From NCBI RefSeq assembly GCF_006345805.1, contig NC_043000.1, positions 11,904,001 through 11,968,000 on the forward strand: a DNA stretch of 64,000 nucleotides. The letters run 5' to 3'. A program made the position numbers and the translations under genes. Each line of letters opens with the position of its first letter. Within the stretch, counting starts at the first letter, position 1. The notes under the pieces were generated by a model. It did no database searches and had not been told where the DNA came from. It was given only the letters and a program-made list of their open reading frames with translations. Origin of the DNA: Octopus sinensis (Eukaryota). Below are positions 1 to 12,530 of this stretch, piece after piece.

Positions 1-240
1 TCCTCGTGTTGTATACATTCGAAGCTTTCTTCCATGGGATCTAATGCGCTTGGCTTAGATTTCCCATGGCGGGCTGCCCATATCGGAGCAATCTCAAGAT
101 TAATCAGCCGAAATTGCTAAGATGATCTGGTTCTTGACTGATGAGAGGGGCTTCGAATGTCCCGTCCTGTGGTTCTTGTGTCGTCTCTGTGTTTGTTCAT
201 GTTCTTGTCCATGTCTGTAATTATTTTTACTGTTTACCTA
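1..240 (+). mobile_element. Fragment of a structured non-coding interspersed repeat (putative Penelope-like pLTR module)
   Basis: Homologous to 6046-6168 (minus), 30850-31150 (plus) and a deletion derivative at 37880-38025 (minus); contains a hairpin, a pseudoknot and a CTGATGA motif; ends in (TA)n. Confidence 0.55.
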
Positions 241-289
241 TATATATATATATCTGTCTGTCTATCTACCTGTCTTCTTGTTTGTGTCT

Positions 290-445
<156 letters not shown>

Positions 446-694
446 ACAAAAGAGAAAACGAGTATTCAATAGATGCAGTAGAGTTTACAGATTGGAAAAA
501 CTGGCTAGATCGATACATGCGCACTCGCTCACATACATACACATGCATAAACACACAACATACACACGCACACAATAGTGTCACACACTCACATACACAC
601 ACATGCATAAAAACGACACAAAAATACACGCATGCAACACGCTACTCGCACACAGTATACTCATACACATTAGCTACACACACACACGCGCCTG

Positions 695-2557
695 GACACA
701 CACACACGCACAAACACACACATACGTTAGACTGTCCCACACACACGCACAAACACACACATACGTTAGACTGTCCCACACACACGCACAAACACACACA
801 TACGTTAGACTGTCCCACACACACGCACAAACACACACATACGTTAGACTGTCCCACACACACGCACACACACACACATACGTTAGACTGTCCCACACAC
901 ACGCACAAACACACACATACGTTAGACTGTCCCACACACAAACACACACATACGTTAGACTGTCCCACACACACGCACAAACACACACATACGTTAGACT
1001 GTCCCACACACACGCACAAACACACACATACGTTAGACTGTCCCACACACACGCACAAACACACACATACGTTAGACTGTCCCACACACAAACACACACA
1101 TACGTTAGACTGTCCCACACACAAACACACACATACGTTAGACTGTCCCACACACACGCACAAACACACATACGTTAGACTGTCCCACACACACGCACAA
1201 ACACACACATACGTTAGACTGTCCCACACACACGCACAAACACACACATACGTTAGACTGTCCCACACACACGCACAAACACACACATACGTTAGACTGT
1301 CCCACACACACGCACAACCACACACATACGTTAGACTGGTCCACACACACGCACAAACACACACATACGTTAGACTGTCCCACACACAAACACACACATA
1401 CGTTAGACTGTCCCACACACACGCACAAACACACACATACGTTAGACTGTCCCACACACACGCACAAACACACACATACGTTAGACTGTCCCACACACAC
1501 GCACAAACACACACATACGTTAGACTGTCCCACACACGCACAAACACACACATACGTTAGACTGTCCCACACACAAACACACACATACGTTAGACTGTCC
1601 CACACACGCACAAACACACACATACGTTAGACTGTCCCACACACACGCACAAACACACACATACGTTAGACTGTCCCACACACACGCACAAACACACACA
1701 TACGTTAGACTGTCCCACACACACGCACAAACACACACATACGTTAGACTGTCCCACACACAAACACACACATACGTTAGACTGTCCCACACACAAACAC
1801 ACACATACGTTAGACTGTCCCACACACACGCACAAACACACACATACGTTAGACTGTCCCACACACACGCACAAACACACACATACGTTAGACTGTCCCA
1901 CACACACGCACAAACACACACATACGTTAGACTGTCCCACACACACGCACAAACACACACATACGTTAGACTGTCCCACACACACGCACAACCACACACA
2001 TACGTTAGACTGGTCCACACACACGCACAAACACACACATACGTTAGACTGTCCCACACACAAACACACACATACGTTAGACTGTCCCACACACAAACAC
2101 ACACATACGTTAGACTGTCCCACACACACGCACAAACACACACATACGTTAGACTGTCCCACACACACGCACAAACACACACATACGTTAAACTGTCCCA
2201 CACACACGCACAAACACACACATACGTTAGACTGTCCCACACACAAACACACACATACGTTAGACTGTCCCACACACACGCACAAACACACACATACGTT
2301 AGACTGTCCCACACACAAACACACACATACGTTAGACTGTCCCACACACACGCACAAACACACACATACGTTAGACTGTCCCACACACACGCACAAACAC
2401 ACACATACGTTAGACTGTCCCACACACACGCAAACACACACATACGTTAGACTGTCCCACACACACGCACAAACACACACATACGTTAGACTGTCCCACA
2501 CACACGCACAAACACACACATACGTTAGACTGTCCCACACACACGCACAAACACACG
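695..2557. repeat. Minisatellite, 39-bp and 33-bp units (CATACGTTAGACTGTCC plus CA-rich linker), about 50 copies
   Basis: catacg recurs at 721 and 760 (39 bp) and at 916 and 949 (33 bp); core nearly invariant. Confidence 0.97.
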
Positions 2558-2724
2558 CGCATAAATATACAGAGAACACACTCACACTTCGCTCCACAAG
2601 CACATAGTTGTTCATAAACACACACAGACATATACGCATACACATGCGCGCTCTCATGCATACACATACGCACGCTGAGATAGTCTTCATACTCACACGT
2701 GTGCTTGTACACACATTTATAAAT

Positions 2725-3422
2725 ACGCTTTGATTGTTCTTTGGTTTCAGGCTGGTAGTGATGAACCCAGCTTTCGTCCATAGTAATGAAACGAGCAAGA
2801 AAATTCTCTTCATCGGCTTCAAACAGTTCCAGATTGCTCGTGGACAAAGTGCACCTGGTGCGTTTCTGTTCAGGAGTCAAAAGTCGAGGGACCCACCTTG
2901 CAGAAACCTTTGAGAACCCAAGTTGTTTTGTCACAATGTTGTCTGCTCTTTCAGTTGAGATGACCACTCTCTCGGCTATCTGACGACATGATATTCGACG
3001 ATCTTGCATTATCATACCAAGAGCAAGGTCAATGTTGTCCTCGGTGGTTGCAGTTGGAGGCCTTCCTGGTGTTGGATCATCTTCCAAACTCCCCCTGCCA
3101 CGCTGGAATTTATTTACCCAGCGTTTGACTGTTGCATATGAAGGAGCATTGTCTGTTAAGGTCCTCACCATATCTTCATGGATTTCTGATGGAGCCATGC
3201 CTTTCAAATGAAGGTACTTTATGATAGTACGATATCAGTTTTCTCCATTTTCCATGTAACCTCGACACTTGTTTATTCAAAATTCTGCAAAGAAAACAAA
3301 AATCAGAATCATGAAAATGAGCAAGAATACTCCAAAAAGACTGTACTTACCAGGAAAAAATGTTTCAGCTACCTAGCAGCCCCGTTGCTAGGCTAGGCTC
3401 AAAAGTTTTCATACACCCCTCG
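2725..3422 (-). mobile_element. 3'-truncated mariner transposon (5' TIR plus N-terminal half of transposase)
   Basis: Translation has HTH, WVPRLL and FITMDESW (first catalytic Asp); ATG at 3248 followed by a 1-nt frameshift (MEKT/YRTIIKYLHLKG); terminus CGAGGGGTGTATGAAAACTTTTGAGC with TA at 3423-3424. Confidence 0.92.
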
Positions 3423-3663
3423 TAAAACTCTTCGAGGCGTTGCTCTAGCATGGCCGCGCTTCAGTGCCTGAAACAACTAAAAGATAAATTAATACTGAAG
3501 GATCGTTGAGAACGTTTGCATAGAACGTGCCAATCATCTCTGTTCCAGGAAACTAGAGCAAGCCAGCTGAGGGGAATAATAATTTCGTAATAATAACTTT
3601 TATAGTAAATGCTACTCGAATAACTGCGTTTAATAATTCGAAAACATGATTCCCATAAACCCA

Positions 3664-4100
3664 TTAACCTTTAAACGGCGGACATCAACAATTGATATTT
3701 CATTAGAGATGACGTCTGTTGCTCATTAGAGAACAGTAGACGTCACCAATTGATGTTTTATTAGAGAACAGCGGATATCAGCAATTATTGTTTGAAAAAT
3801 TTTACATGGATAAGGCCATCCTCAATTGCTGTTCGAGTCTCTACTTCGTCAAATGCGCATAAACGTAAGCGGCCTTTATCGATGGGAGAAATGAAGTGGC
3901 AAATGGAATGTTCTTACACCGATGATGTCTTTTCCAGGTTTCCTTCATCTTCAGATGAGGCAAGTGATGATGATGCTCTTGGTAGCACAGAAAAAAGCGA
4001 TGCTCCAGCTAGGTCAGAATGGTAAGAGCGCACAGACTTTTCTCCATTTGTACATTCGTTTTACAATACGGAAATCTCAAACGAATTTATGCTCAAATTA
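3664..4100 (+). mobile_element. Possible piggyBac-like 5' end with subterminal repeats
   Basis: Starts TTAACCTTTAA; 3-4 copies of an ATTAGAGAACAG..GAC motif; acidic stretch followed by W*..F.P....F, as in piggyBac N-termini. Confidence 0.35.
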
Positions 4101-4131
4101 TTTTATTGCCCTTTTGTCTTTATTTTTGTTA

Positions 4132-4530
4132 CTAGCAGTATAGTCCAGCGTTGCTCGGGCTTGTTTTCTTTTCGACCCTTTAGAATTGGAATTTTTGAAA
4201 AAAAAAAAATTTGCATTATGTAGTTTGTTATTCTCTTTAAGTGAACATTTTTCTGGTTGAAATACCCCGAAAAATGGCGACACAGCAGTAAAAAAATCGT
4301 GAAAACTAGGGATTTTCATAGAAAAAAAAGCACCTTTTTGATGTAAATAATTTTTGGTGTTAACATGGTCTGATTTGAATATTTTCTTCTACGGAAGGAA
4401 GAGCAAGCCTTCTTCTATCATACTCTCAATTTTGGTCAACTTGCGCCGCAGGGTCTCGGAGGAGATAGTGTTAGTTGAAGGCTACCAAACCTGTCACACA
4501 CAGACAACTTCAGATTTATATTTAGAGAGA
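4132..4530 (-). mobile_element. Non-autonomous Helitron
   Basis: Minus strand starts A|TC, ends with a GC hairpin plus CTAG|T; second copy at 63775-64000. Confidence 0.8.
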
Positions 4531-4730
4531 TTTAAGAAAGTAAAAATATTGTTTTCATAGTTTTTGTACTTATTTAAAGTGAAAATGAGTATAAACATTG
4601 CTCCCAAGTTAAAAAAAAAAGGAAAGAATTTTCTGCTTTTTGTTCGTTTGGCACACAATCATGCAACCTTTTCTCACCTGTTAAAGGTTAAAGATGCTTT
4701 GATACTTGTTCAAATATTGATACTTGTTGT

Positions 4731-5536
4731 TAGGGCCGGATTAAGACCCATAAAGGCCCTAAGCATTTAAAAGATTTTGGTGCCCCATGTAATTCAAAAT
4801 ATGAACAATAATAAACCATAAAATAAATTTTGTGGTTTCAAAGTGAAACGAAACTAACAATGAAATGAAAAAATAATGTTTATTTTGTATACTTCCACTT
4901 TATATATGAAAAATTTTCTCCTACTTTCTTAAATTGCCGTCTTTGATCAGATCTTCAAAATTAATCTTACATAACACATCTGCTTCTATACTTTGTAGAG
5001 ATAAGGAATCCAACTTGTCTTGTTGCATAGTTGTTCTGATGGAATTTTTAATATATTTCAACTGAGAAAATGAACGCTCAGCTGAGCAATTTTTAACCAT
5101 TAATGATAAAAATATTTTTGAAAGGCGGCGAGCTGGCAGAATCGTTAGCACGCCGGGCGAAATGCGTAGCCGTATTTCGTCTGTCGTTACGTTCCGAGTT
5201 CAAATTCCGCCGAGATCGACTTTGCCTTTCATCCTTTCGGGGTCGATAAATTAAGTACCAGTTACGCACTGGGGTCGATGTAATCGACTTAATCCATTTG
5301 TCTGTCCTTGTTTGTCCCCTCTGTGTTTAGCCCCTTGTGGGTAGTAAAGAAATATGATGTTAAAAATATACGAAAGTCAATGTCTACATTTGGAAAGGCA
5401 CACTCAATAATGCTTATTTTAGCAAGTTTAAAGTGATTTCTTTTGTGCCGTAAACCATTTACCATTTTTTTGTGGTCCCCCCTCCTCTGATACCCTAAAC
5501 ACGTACTTATTTTGCTCAATGGTTAATCCAACTCTC
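4731..5536 (-). mobile_element. Non-autonomous hAT element with transposase C-terminal remnant, interrupted by a SINE
   Basis: Translation AFPNVDI..RIFL / LSLMVKNCSAERSFSQLKYIKNSIRTTM..DKLDSLSL is the hAT dimerisation domain; degenerate TIRs (C/T)AGGGCCGGATTAA; related copy at 51453-52851. Confidence 0.8.
5124..5353 (+). mobile_element. SINE family A (tRNA-like head; central GAGGTCGACTTTGCCTTTCATCCTTTCGGGGTCGATAAA domain)
   Basis: About 20 copies in the window; A/B-box-like head (TGGCAGAA..; GAGTTCAAATTCC); central domain resembles the Meta/MESC SINE domain (from memory). Confidence 0.9.
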
Positions 5537-6045
5537 CTTGCATCAGTCAAAATTAAAGCTGTAATTTATTTACTCCTTAGAAAAAGGCATCGTAATATGG
5601 TTTGATGTCATTATTTAATTAGCAAAAATTTAATTTACAAACAGATTATTTTAATTTGTCTAGAAATTATTTTAATTTGCTTCTTAAACATTTTAATTCA
5701 TTTCGAGATTATATTAATTTACATCGAGAATTTGCAGACGCCATTCTCCTTTCTGCTAAACACGAATTTCATCATGAAAAGGGACAGACGACAACAATGG
5801 ATATGGCATCTAGTGAAAAGATTAAAGCCGATTGGTCGACCTGAATGTCACTGTTAATATTGTATCATTGGTAGAATCCAGAAACGATCTTTTAGTAGTG
5901 ACTCACCACCAGGGTGAGCTACTGAAGGAAAATGAACCCAGAGAAGAGAAAACCTATTATAGATTGAATAAGAAACAAGGGACCAAGAAGCATAGCTAGA
6001 GTGGTGGGGTGTCGATGAGGTGATCAGCCCCAAATGACTCTTTTC

Positions 6046-6168
6046 TGACGATACAAAGAAAACAAGGACGGGTCATTCGGAGTTTTCTTTCCTCAGTCGA
6101 GTTCCAAATCATCTTTGCAATTTTGGCTGGTTATACTTGAGATTGCTCCAATCTGGCCAGCCCCAAGG
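6046..6168 (-). mobile_element. Copy of the structured repeat module seen at 1-240
   Basis: Reverse complement reads GGCTGGCCAGATTGGAGCAATCTCAAGTATAACCAGCC...CTGAGGA. Confidence 0.65.
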
Positions 6169-6673
6169 GTGGCATTTTTGAGTTTGCTTAATCACGTGGT
6201 ACAATGATTGACCACATAGTATGGCGATGTAGGACTGGTCGTATGGTCCTCTAGCTATGCCATCACGATGTATTTGCATTAAATATGATACATAGATGGC
6301 TATTTTAATCTAGTACTGCTTCTGTTGCATATAATGAATTTTTATTCAGCCGGGCATCTTATTGCAATACCAGTGATTACTTTTCACAGTTTTCGGTATA
6401 TAGCTGCGATGAGTACACGTTATTGACAACATGCAACGAGGCAGAAATGCATTTAACGTTCTCATTCGCCGCTACGAGGACAAGTTCCGTCTCCGATTTT
6501 AAACTCATTGCGTCCCTGGGAGATATTATCTTCGGACGAATACCGCAGTAAATTTTACTAAAGTATATTTACATTAAAAGTGATTCATAAATGGTTATCA
6601 AAATTCGATCATTGCCGTGGCCACGAAAATCCAGTTACTTTTATGTGCCCTGGTGAAGATCACCCGTTGCCAT

Positions 6674-6757
6674 CTTCTTCTTCTTCTTCGTCTTCTTCTT
6701 CTTCTTCTTCTTCTTCTTCTTCTTCTTCTTCTTCTTCTTCTTCTTCTTCTTCTTCTT
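6674..6757. repeat. (TTC)n microsatellite
   Basis: Direct. Confidence 0.97.
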
Positions 6758-7039
6758 TTTCCAATCAGGACTCACGCTATTAGCCACAAAGAATAATCTC
6801 TAATTCGAGCCTACTCTAAGCTACTAAAAATGCGTGCGGCAACTTGAAGATCCACCCACCACACGCGATAGACTGGCGTTTGCATGGGCGCGAAAGCTAA
6901 GTTGTTATCCTCATTCCGTAAACGGTGGCTTTTAACGGGTGGAGAGCTGAACCATCCTGGGGTACAGAGAATTCGCAATCAAGACTAGAGTCTGAAAGTT
7001 TACCACACCATAGTGGGTTACACCATGGTTCCTCTGCTT

Positions 7040-7238
7040 TGTGGCAGAAGTAGGAAGAAAGAGTGAGAGAAAGTTGTGGTGAAAGAGTACAGCAGGATTC
7101 ACACCCCCACCCCGTCGGAGCATCGTGGAGATTAGGTGTTTTTGCTCAATAAACACTCAGAATGCCCGGTGTGGGAATCGAAACCGCGTTCTTACGACTG
7201 CGAGTCCGTTGCCCTAACCACTGGGCCATTGCACCTCC
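7040..7238 (-). mobile_element. SINE family C (GGAGGCGCAATGGCCCAGTGG head), partial
   Basis: Homologous to 11042-11415. Confidence 0.85.
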
Positions 7239-7306
7239 ACACCCGTTGCTGTTGTTCCGATCGCAGCACCGTCATGGTGGTTTTATCTCAGTCATACTAT
7301 CGACAC

Positions 7307-7537
7307 CTATTTCTTTACTACCCACAAGGAGCTAAACACAGAGGGGACAATCAAGGACAGACATAGGTATTAAGTCGATTACATCGACCCCAGTGCGTAA
7401 CTGGTACTTAATTTATCGACCCCGATAGGATGAAAGGCAAAGTCGACCTCGACGGAATTTGAACTCACAACGTAACGCAGGCGAAATACCGCTAAGCATT
7501 TCGCCCGGCGTGCTAACGATTCTGCCAGCTCGACACC
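7307..7537 (-). mobile_element. SINE family A
   Basis: Reverse complement of 5124-5353. Confidence 0.9.
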
Positions 7538-8129
7538 GTGTTCCTATTTACCAGGGTTATGTGAATTCTGTCTCGCCATCCGCAGAGTTTCAAACCTCTG
7601 TGGTGATCCACAGTAATTTAACCATGTGCTTGTCCAAAGTACTTTCATAAGTTTGTCCTAAACGTATGTGTTTATTTCCAACATTTTCGTTAGCCCTTGT
7701 TTCGTACGTTCTTGTATAGATGCCAGCGAGACGCTTCAAACCACATGTAATCCACATTAATTTAACATGGTGCTTCTGTTTAGAACCAGTATCACTTATT
7801 ATTCAAGATCTGCATTAATATGGTAAGTAAATTAATGGTGTGTGTGTGTGTGTGTGTGTGTAAATATAGGTGTTTAAATAAAGGTGAGTTAATTGAAGTG
7901 ATAACCTGAAGTGAGTGAAATTGCAGTGTGTGTATGTAGGGGGATCTTTATAGTAGGAAGATAAAAGCGGGTGTTTTGAAGTGGTTGAATTTAAAGCGGG
8001 TATTTTTAGTTGGGTAAACTGAGGTAGGTGAACCACTGAGAATTTGAAATCGTTGAAAGTGGTAAAATTTTGAGATAATTAGAGCTAGCTAGATAACATA
8101 GATACACGGACGCACATTCGAGTATACAT

Positions 8130-8172
8130 ATTCATATACATACATACATACATACATACATACATACATACA

Positions 8173-8203
<31 letters not shown>

Positions 8204-8204
8204 G

Positions 8205-8240
<36 letters not shown>

Positions 8241-8253
8241 TAACATATATATA

Positions 8254-8293
<40 letters not shown>

Positions 8294-8355
8294 CATATAT
8301 ATATACATATACATATATATATATATATAATATATATATACATATATATATACAT

Positions 8356-8406
<51 letters not shown>

Positions 8407-8621
8407 CACATGTACATACATACAATATATATATATATATATATATACTTAGAGAGAGAGAGAGATAGGTAGATAGATAGAGGGAGGGAGAGAGAGAGGA
8501 GAGAGAATTAGATGGAAGAGTCTAATAAACGATTGATTGATTTTATGTCAAACTGATTTTGTGATGGTTTATATCACTATGCAGATCAATTACGCAGACA
8601 CACACACACACACACACTCTA

Positions 8622-8660
<39 letters not shown>
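8130..8660. repeat. Compound (CATA)n/(TA)n/(GA)n/(CA)n microsatellites
   Basis: Direct. Confidence 0.95.
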
Positions 8661-8844
8661 TTGGCATTCGTACACCACACACATACACACACGTGTGTAT
8701 GTATGTACGTGAGGGAGCGTGTATGTCTAACCGTACATATATCTCCTAAAGCTCAAAAAAAAAAAAAAAAAAAGAAAAGAACCATGCATGCATTCTGAGG
8801 ATAACATATACTTATATATATTGAATAAAAATCCTTCCCATGTC

Positions 8845-9065
8845 ACTCACAAGGGCCGGTTTCCCGGTTTCATGACCTATATATTCCCCACCTGGACGGG
8901 ATGCTGGTTCGTCGCAGAATTACTCATTTTTGCCAGTTGAGTGGACTGGAGCAACGTGAAAGGAAATGTTTTGCTCAAGAACACAACATGTCACAGGGTC
9001 TAGGAATCGAAATCACACTCTAACGATCATGAGTCCAACTCCTAACTACTAAATCATGTGCCTCC
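8845..9065 (-). mobile_element. tRNA-headed SINE (family C/D variant)
   Basis: Inverted relative to the homologous copy at 9703-9955. Confidence 0.8.
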
Positions 9066-9094
9066 ATACACACATATGCGCATGTATATGTACA

Positions 9095-9337
9095 CAAATA
9101 CATACACATATGTATACGTGTATGTATATAATTTGCATATACATATACACACACACATATATATATATAATATTTATATGCTTAATATGTACATACATAC
9201 ACATATGTATACGTGTATGTATATAATTTGCATATACATATACACACACATATATATATATATATATATTTATATGCTTAATATGTACATACATACACAT
9301 ATGTATACGTGTATGTATATAATTTGCATATACATAT

Positions 9338-9369
<32 letters not shown>

Positions 9370-9531
9370 TTATATGCTTAATATGTACATACATACACAT
9401 ATGTATACGTGTATGTATATAATTTGCATATACATATACACACACATATATATATATATATATTTATATGCTTAATATGTACATACATACACATATGTAT
9501 ACGTGTATGTATATAATTTGCATATACATAT

Positions 9532-9563
<32 letters not shown>

Positions 9564-9685
9564 TTATATGCTTAATATGTACATACATACACATATGTAT
9601 ACGTGTATGTATATAATTTGCATATACATATACACACACATATATATATATATATATATTTATATGCTTAATATGTACATACACA
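9095..9685. repeat. Tandem repeat, 6 units of 94-100 bp with embedded variable (TA)n
   Basis: ATTTGC recurs at 9131, 9226, 9322, 9422, 9516 and 9616. Confidence 0.92.
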
Positions 9686-9702
9686 TGTGTGTGTGTGTGT
9701 GT

Positions 9703-9955
9703 GGAGGCGCGTGGCTTAGTGGTTAGCGTGTCAGCATCATGATTGTAAGATTGTGGTTTTGATTCCTGGACCGGGCGACGCGTTGAGTTCTTGAGCAAAA
9801 CACTTCATTTCACGTTTCTCAAATCCACTCAACTGGCAAAAATGAGTAACGCTGCGATGGACTGGCGTCCCGTCCAGCTTGAGAACACACACGCCATAGA
9901 AACCGGGAAACCGGGCCCACGAGCCTGGCTAGGCTTTAAAAGGGCGCATTTATTG
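9703..9955 (+). mobile_element. tRNA-headed SINE (family C/D variant)
   Basis: GGAGGCGCGTGGCTTAGTGGTTAG head and GGTTTTGATTCC B-box-like motif. Confidence 0.8.
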
Positions 9956-9976
9956 TACTATATATATATATACTTT

Positions 9977-10290
9977 ATTATTAATAAAGCTGCAAAAACA
10001 TCACAAAAATATCGCAAAAAACTGCTACTCAGAGTTTCACGTTCCAGTTCGTTGGACAGTTTAGATTGAGAATGGAACAAAATAAAATTTGTATGTATAA
10101 AAAAACCATACAAACTTTAGTTTGTTCTACTCTCAATCTAAACTGTCTGACGAACGCGAAGGTGAAACTCTGAGTAGCAGTTTTCAGTGACATTTTTGTA
10201 ATGTTTTTGTAGCCTTAATTTATTACTCTACCCCCGATATTCGAGTACTACTTTTCCCCACTTTGTTTCGCATTTATGCTTACCTTGGTA
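9977..10290. mobile_element. Inverted-repeat, HHR-bearing non-coding element (Penelope-like pLTR or retrozyme type)
   Basis: Arms about 9977-10095 and 10107-10225; HHR motif in each arm; (TA)n on both sides. Confidence 0.7.
10140..10183 (+). ncRNA. Type-I hammerhead ribozyme motif
   Basis: AAACTGT-CTGACGA-ACGCGAAGGT-GAAA-CTCTGAG-TA-GCAGTTT; 7-bp stem I, stem III, GUA cleavage triplet; weak stem II. Confidence 0.75.
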
Positions 10291-10299
10291 TATATATAT

Positions 10300-10360
<61 letters not shown>

Positions 10361-10443
10361 TAGGAAACATGTATTTTTGTGGTTGAAACCTTTTGGATTA
10401 ACTAGTGCTAGAGTGAGCCATATAGTGACCACTCTCTTATATT

Positions 10444-10484
<41 letters not shown>

Positions 10485-10604
10485 CATACATACATATATG
10501 CATGTGTATGCATATATACATATGTGTGTGTGCGTGTGTGTATATATATATACATATATATACGCGCGTGTGTTTGTGTGGTTGTGTGTGTGTATACATA
10601 CATA

Positions 10605-10825
10605 CATGATGGATTTAGCAAAGGATATTAGCAAATTTACTGGGACAGCTAAATCTGAGGATGACATCCCGTAAGAACTCTCTTTTCAGGAAGTCGAATA
10701 CTTTGGAGAAGCCGACAAAGGCTGTAACCGCTTGCTGATATTGTTTCCGGTAATTTTCCTGGAGTTTCCTAGCTGTGAAGATCATTTCCACTCTGCTCCT
10801 GTTCTTCCAAGATCCACTCACTGCT
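10605..10825 (-). pseudogene. RTE-clade LINE reverse transcriptase fragment
   Basis: RSRVEMIFTARKLQENYRKQ...AFVGFSKVFD...LRFSCPSKFANI matches the RTE RT pattern (IFxxRQLQEK...AFVDxxKAFD). Confidence 0.85.
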
Positions 10826-11041
10826 TCAGGCATCACTGTCAATGCAGAGCACTCTGCTACTGCCTCTCTTTGGCCATATTCGGAAACTGAGTACTTTATG
10901 GTTTTAGACAAGAGTACAGGAGCTGTACTGGAGTCCAGAATGCAAGCCTACTAAAGTGTGAATATGCCCTGATGCTTGTTAACTCTTGTCCCACTCTATA
11001 GGCGATATAACATTGTCACCACGTGGTAAGTTTATTGAAGT

Positions 11042-11415
11042 GGAGGCGCAATGGCCCAGTGGTTAGGGCAGCGGACTCGCGGTCATAGGATCGTAGTTTC
11101 GATTCCCAGAGCGGGCGTTGTGAGTGTTTATTGAGCGAAAACACCTAAAGCTCCACGAGGCTCCGGCAGGGGATGGTGGTGATCCCTGCTGTACTCTTTC
11201 ACCACAACTTTCACTCACTCTTACTTCCTGTTTCTGTTGTACCTGTATTTCAAAGGGCCGGCCTTGTCACTTTCGCTGAGTATCCCCGAGAACTACGTTA
11301 AGGGTACACGTGTCTGTGGAATGCTCAGCCACTTACACGTTAATTTCACGAGCAGGCTGTTCCGTTGATTCGGATCAACCGGAACCCTCGTCGTCGTAAC
11401 CGACGGAGTGCTTCC
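11042..11415 (+). mobile_element. SINE family C, full length
   Basis: tRNA-like head; TSD TAAGTTTATTGAA; near-identical copies at 28518 and 43238. Confidence 0.92.
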
Positions 11416-11718
11416 TTAAGTTTATTGAAACAAAGTCTGCCACTGAAAAGCAATGCGCTGGCAGTAACAAAGGACCCGACAAACCTCCTTTGGTGTCATC
11501 GCGAATGACTTCATCATGATGACACCCTCACTGGGGCATTTTAAAATTCCCCTTGTGCAGGTTACTACTTCGAAACCCAGTGATCAGTGAACAATAGCTA
11601 GATTTTAGTAGTTGAGGTCTGTTCTCGATGTTGCGCCTGGCAATGGCTGTAGACAGGGATATATCTGGTGTGTGTAGTCATAACCCTGTACAACAGTGAC
11701 ACAAGGTATTTATTCGCT

Positions 11719-11950
11719 AGGCGACGAGCTGGCAGAAACGTTAGCACGCCGGGCGAAGTGCTTAGCGGTATTTCGTCTGTCTTTACGTTCCGAGTTCAAA
11801 TTCCGCCGAGGTCGACTTTGCCTTTCATCCTTTCGGGGTCGATAAATTAAGTACCAGTTACGCACTGGGGTCGGTGTAATCGACTTAATACCTATGTCTG
11901 TCCTTGTTTGTCCCCTCTGTGTTTAGCCCCTTGTGGGTAATAAAGAAAAA
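11719..11950 (+). mobile_element. SINE family A
   Basis: TSD AAGGTATTTATTCGCTA on both sides. Confidence 0.92.
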
Positions 11951-11999
11951 GGTATTTATTCGCTATCAACTGCAATTGAATGGTAGCAGACAATTAAGG

Positions 12000-12147
12000 A
12001 ATGTCTATGGGAGAGGTCCACCTCGGGTGACGTTTTTATGGTAACTGCACTTTTAGATCTGCTTTATAAACCTGTACAGGGGTGAGGGATTTGGGACTGC
12101 AAACTTAAAAGTTGCCCTCGGTAGCACACACTCTAGCTACGCCACTG
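12000..12147 (-). mobile_element. Degenerate hAT-like MITE (CAGTGGCGTAGCTAG end)
   Basis: Homologous to 27379-27535 in the opposite orientation. Confidence 0.45.
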
Positions 12148-12530
12148 CTGAATGGCATCTATTTCTGGCGGATTTGTGCGACCTAGTGGTCCTAGTTTGT
12201 GTCCACATGAATCGCTTCAGATGGGGAAAGACCGACGAAAGCTGGCCTAAAAATTACCCTTTAAATCATTCAGGAGAATTGGTTACCGTCACACCTATCG
12301 GATCATTCTAGAACTGCGGTTGAAATAGGAAACTCGTGTAGTATCTCTTACAGGCCTCTCTGGAGAAGAGCCCCCGCTGAGGTGAGGAGCTACAGCAGAG
12401 GCTCTCAGCGGGATCCGTATGGCCCTTGGCGGATGGAGTGGGGTCCATATAAGATTTTGTGTTAAAATTCACGAGCAATAAATTGGTTATACTTCTACAA
12501 TAAACAAAAATGGATTGACACTTTTTAAAT

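Noticed and set aside
695-2557. CRISPR-like regular repeat
   Set aside because: The linkers are identical CA-rich sequence, not unique spacers; eukaryotic context with no cas genes
11042-11115. tRNA gene
   Set aside because: tRNA-derived SINE head with body, tail and TSD; no complete cloverleaf
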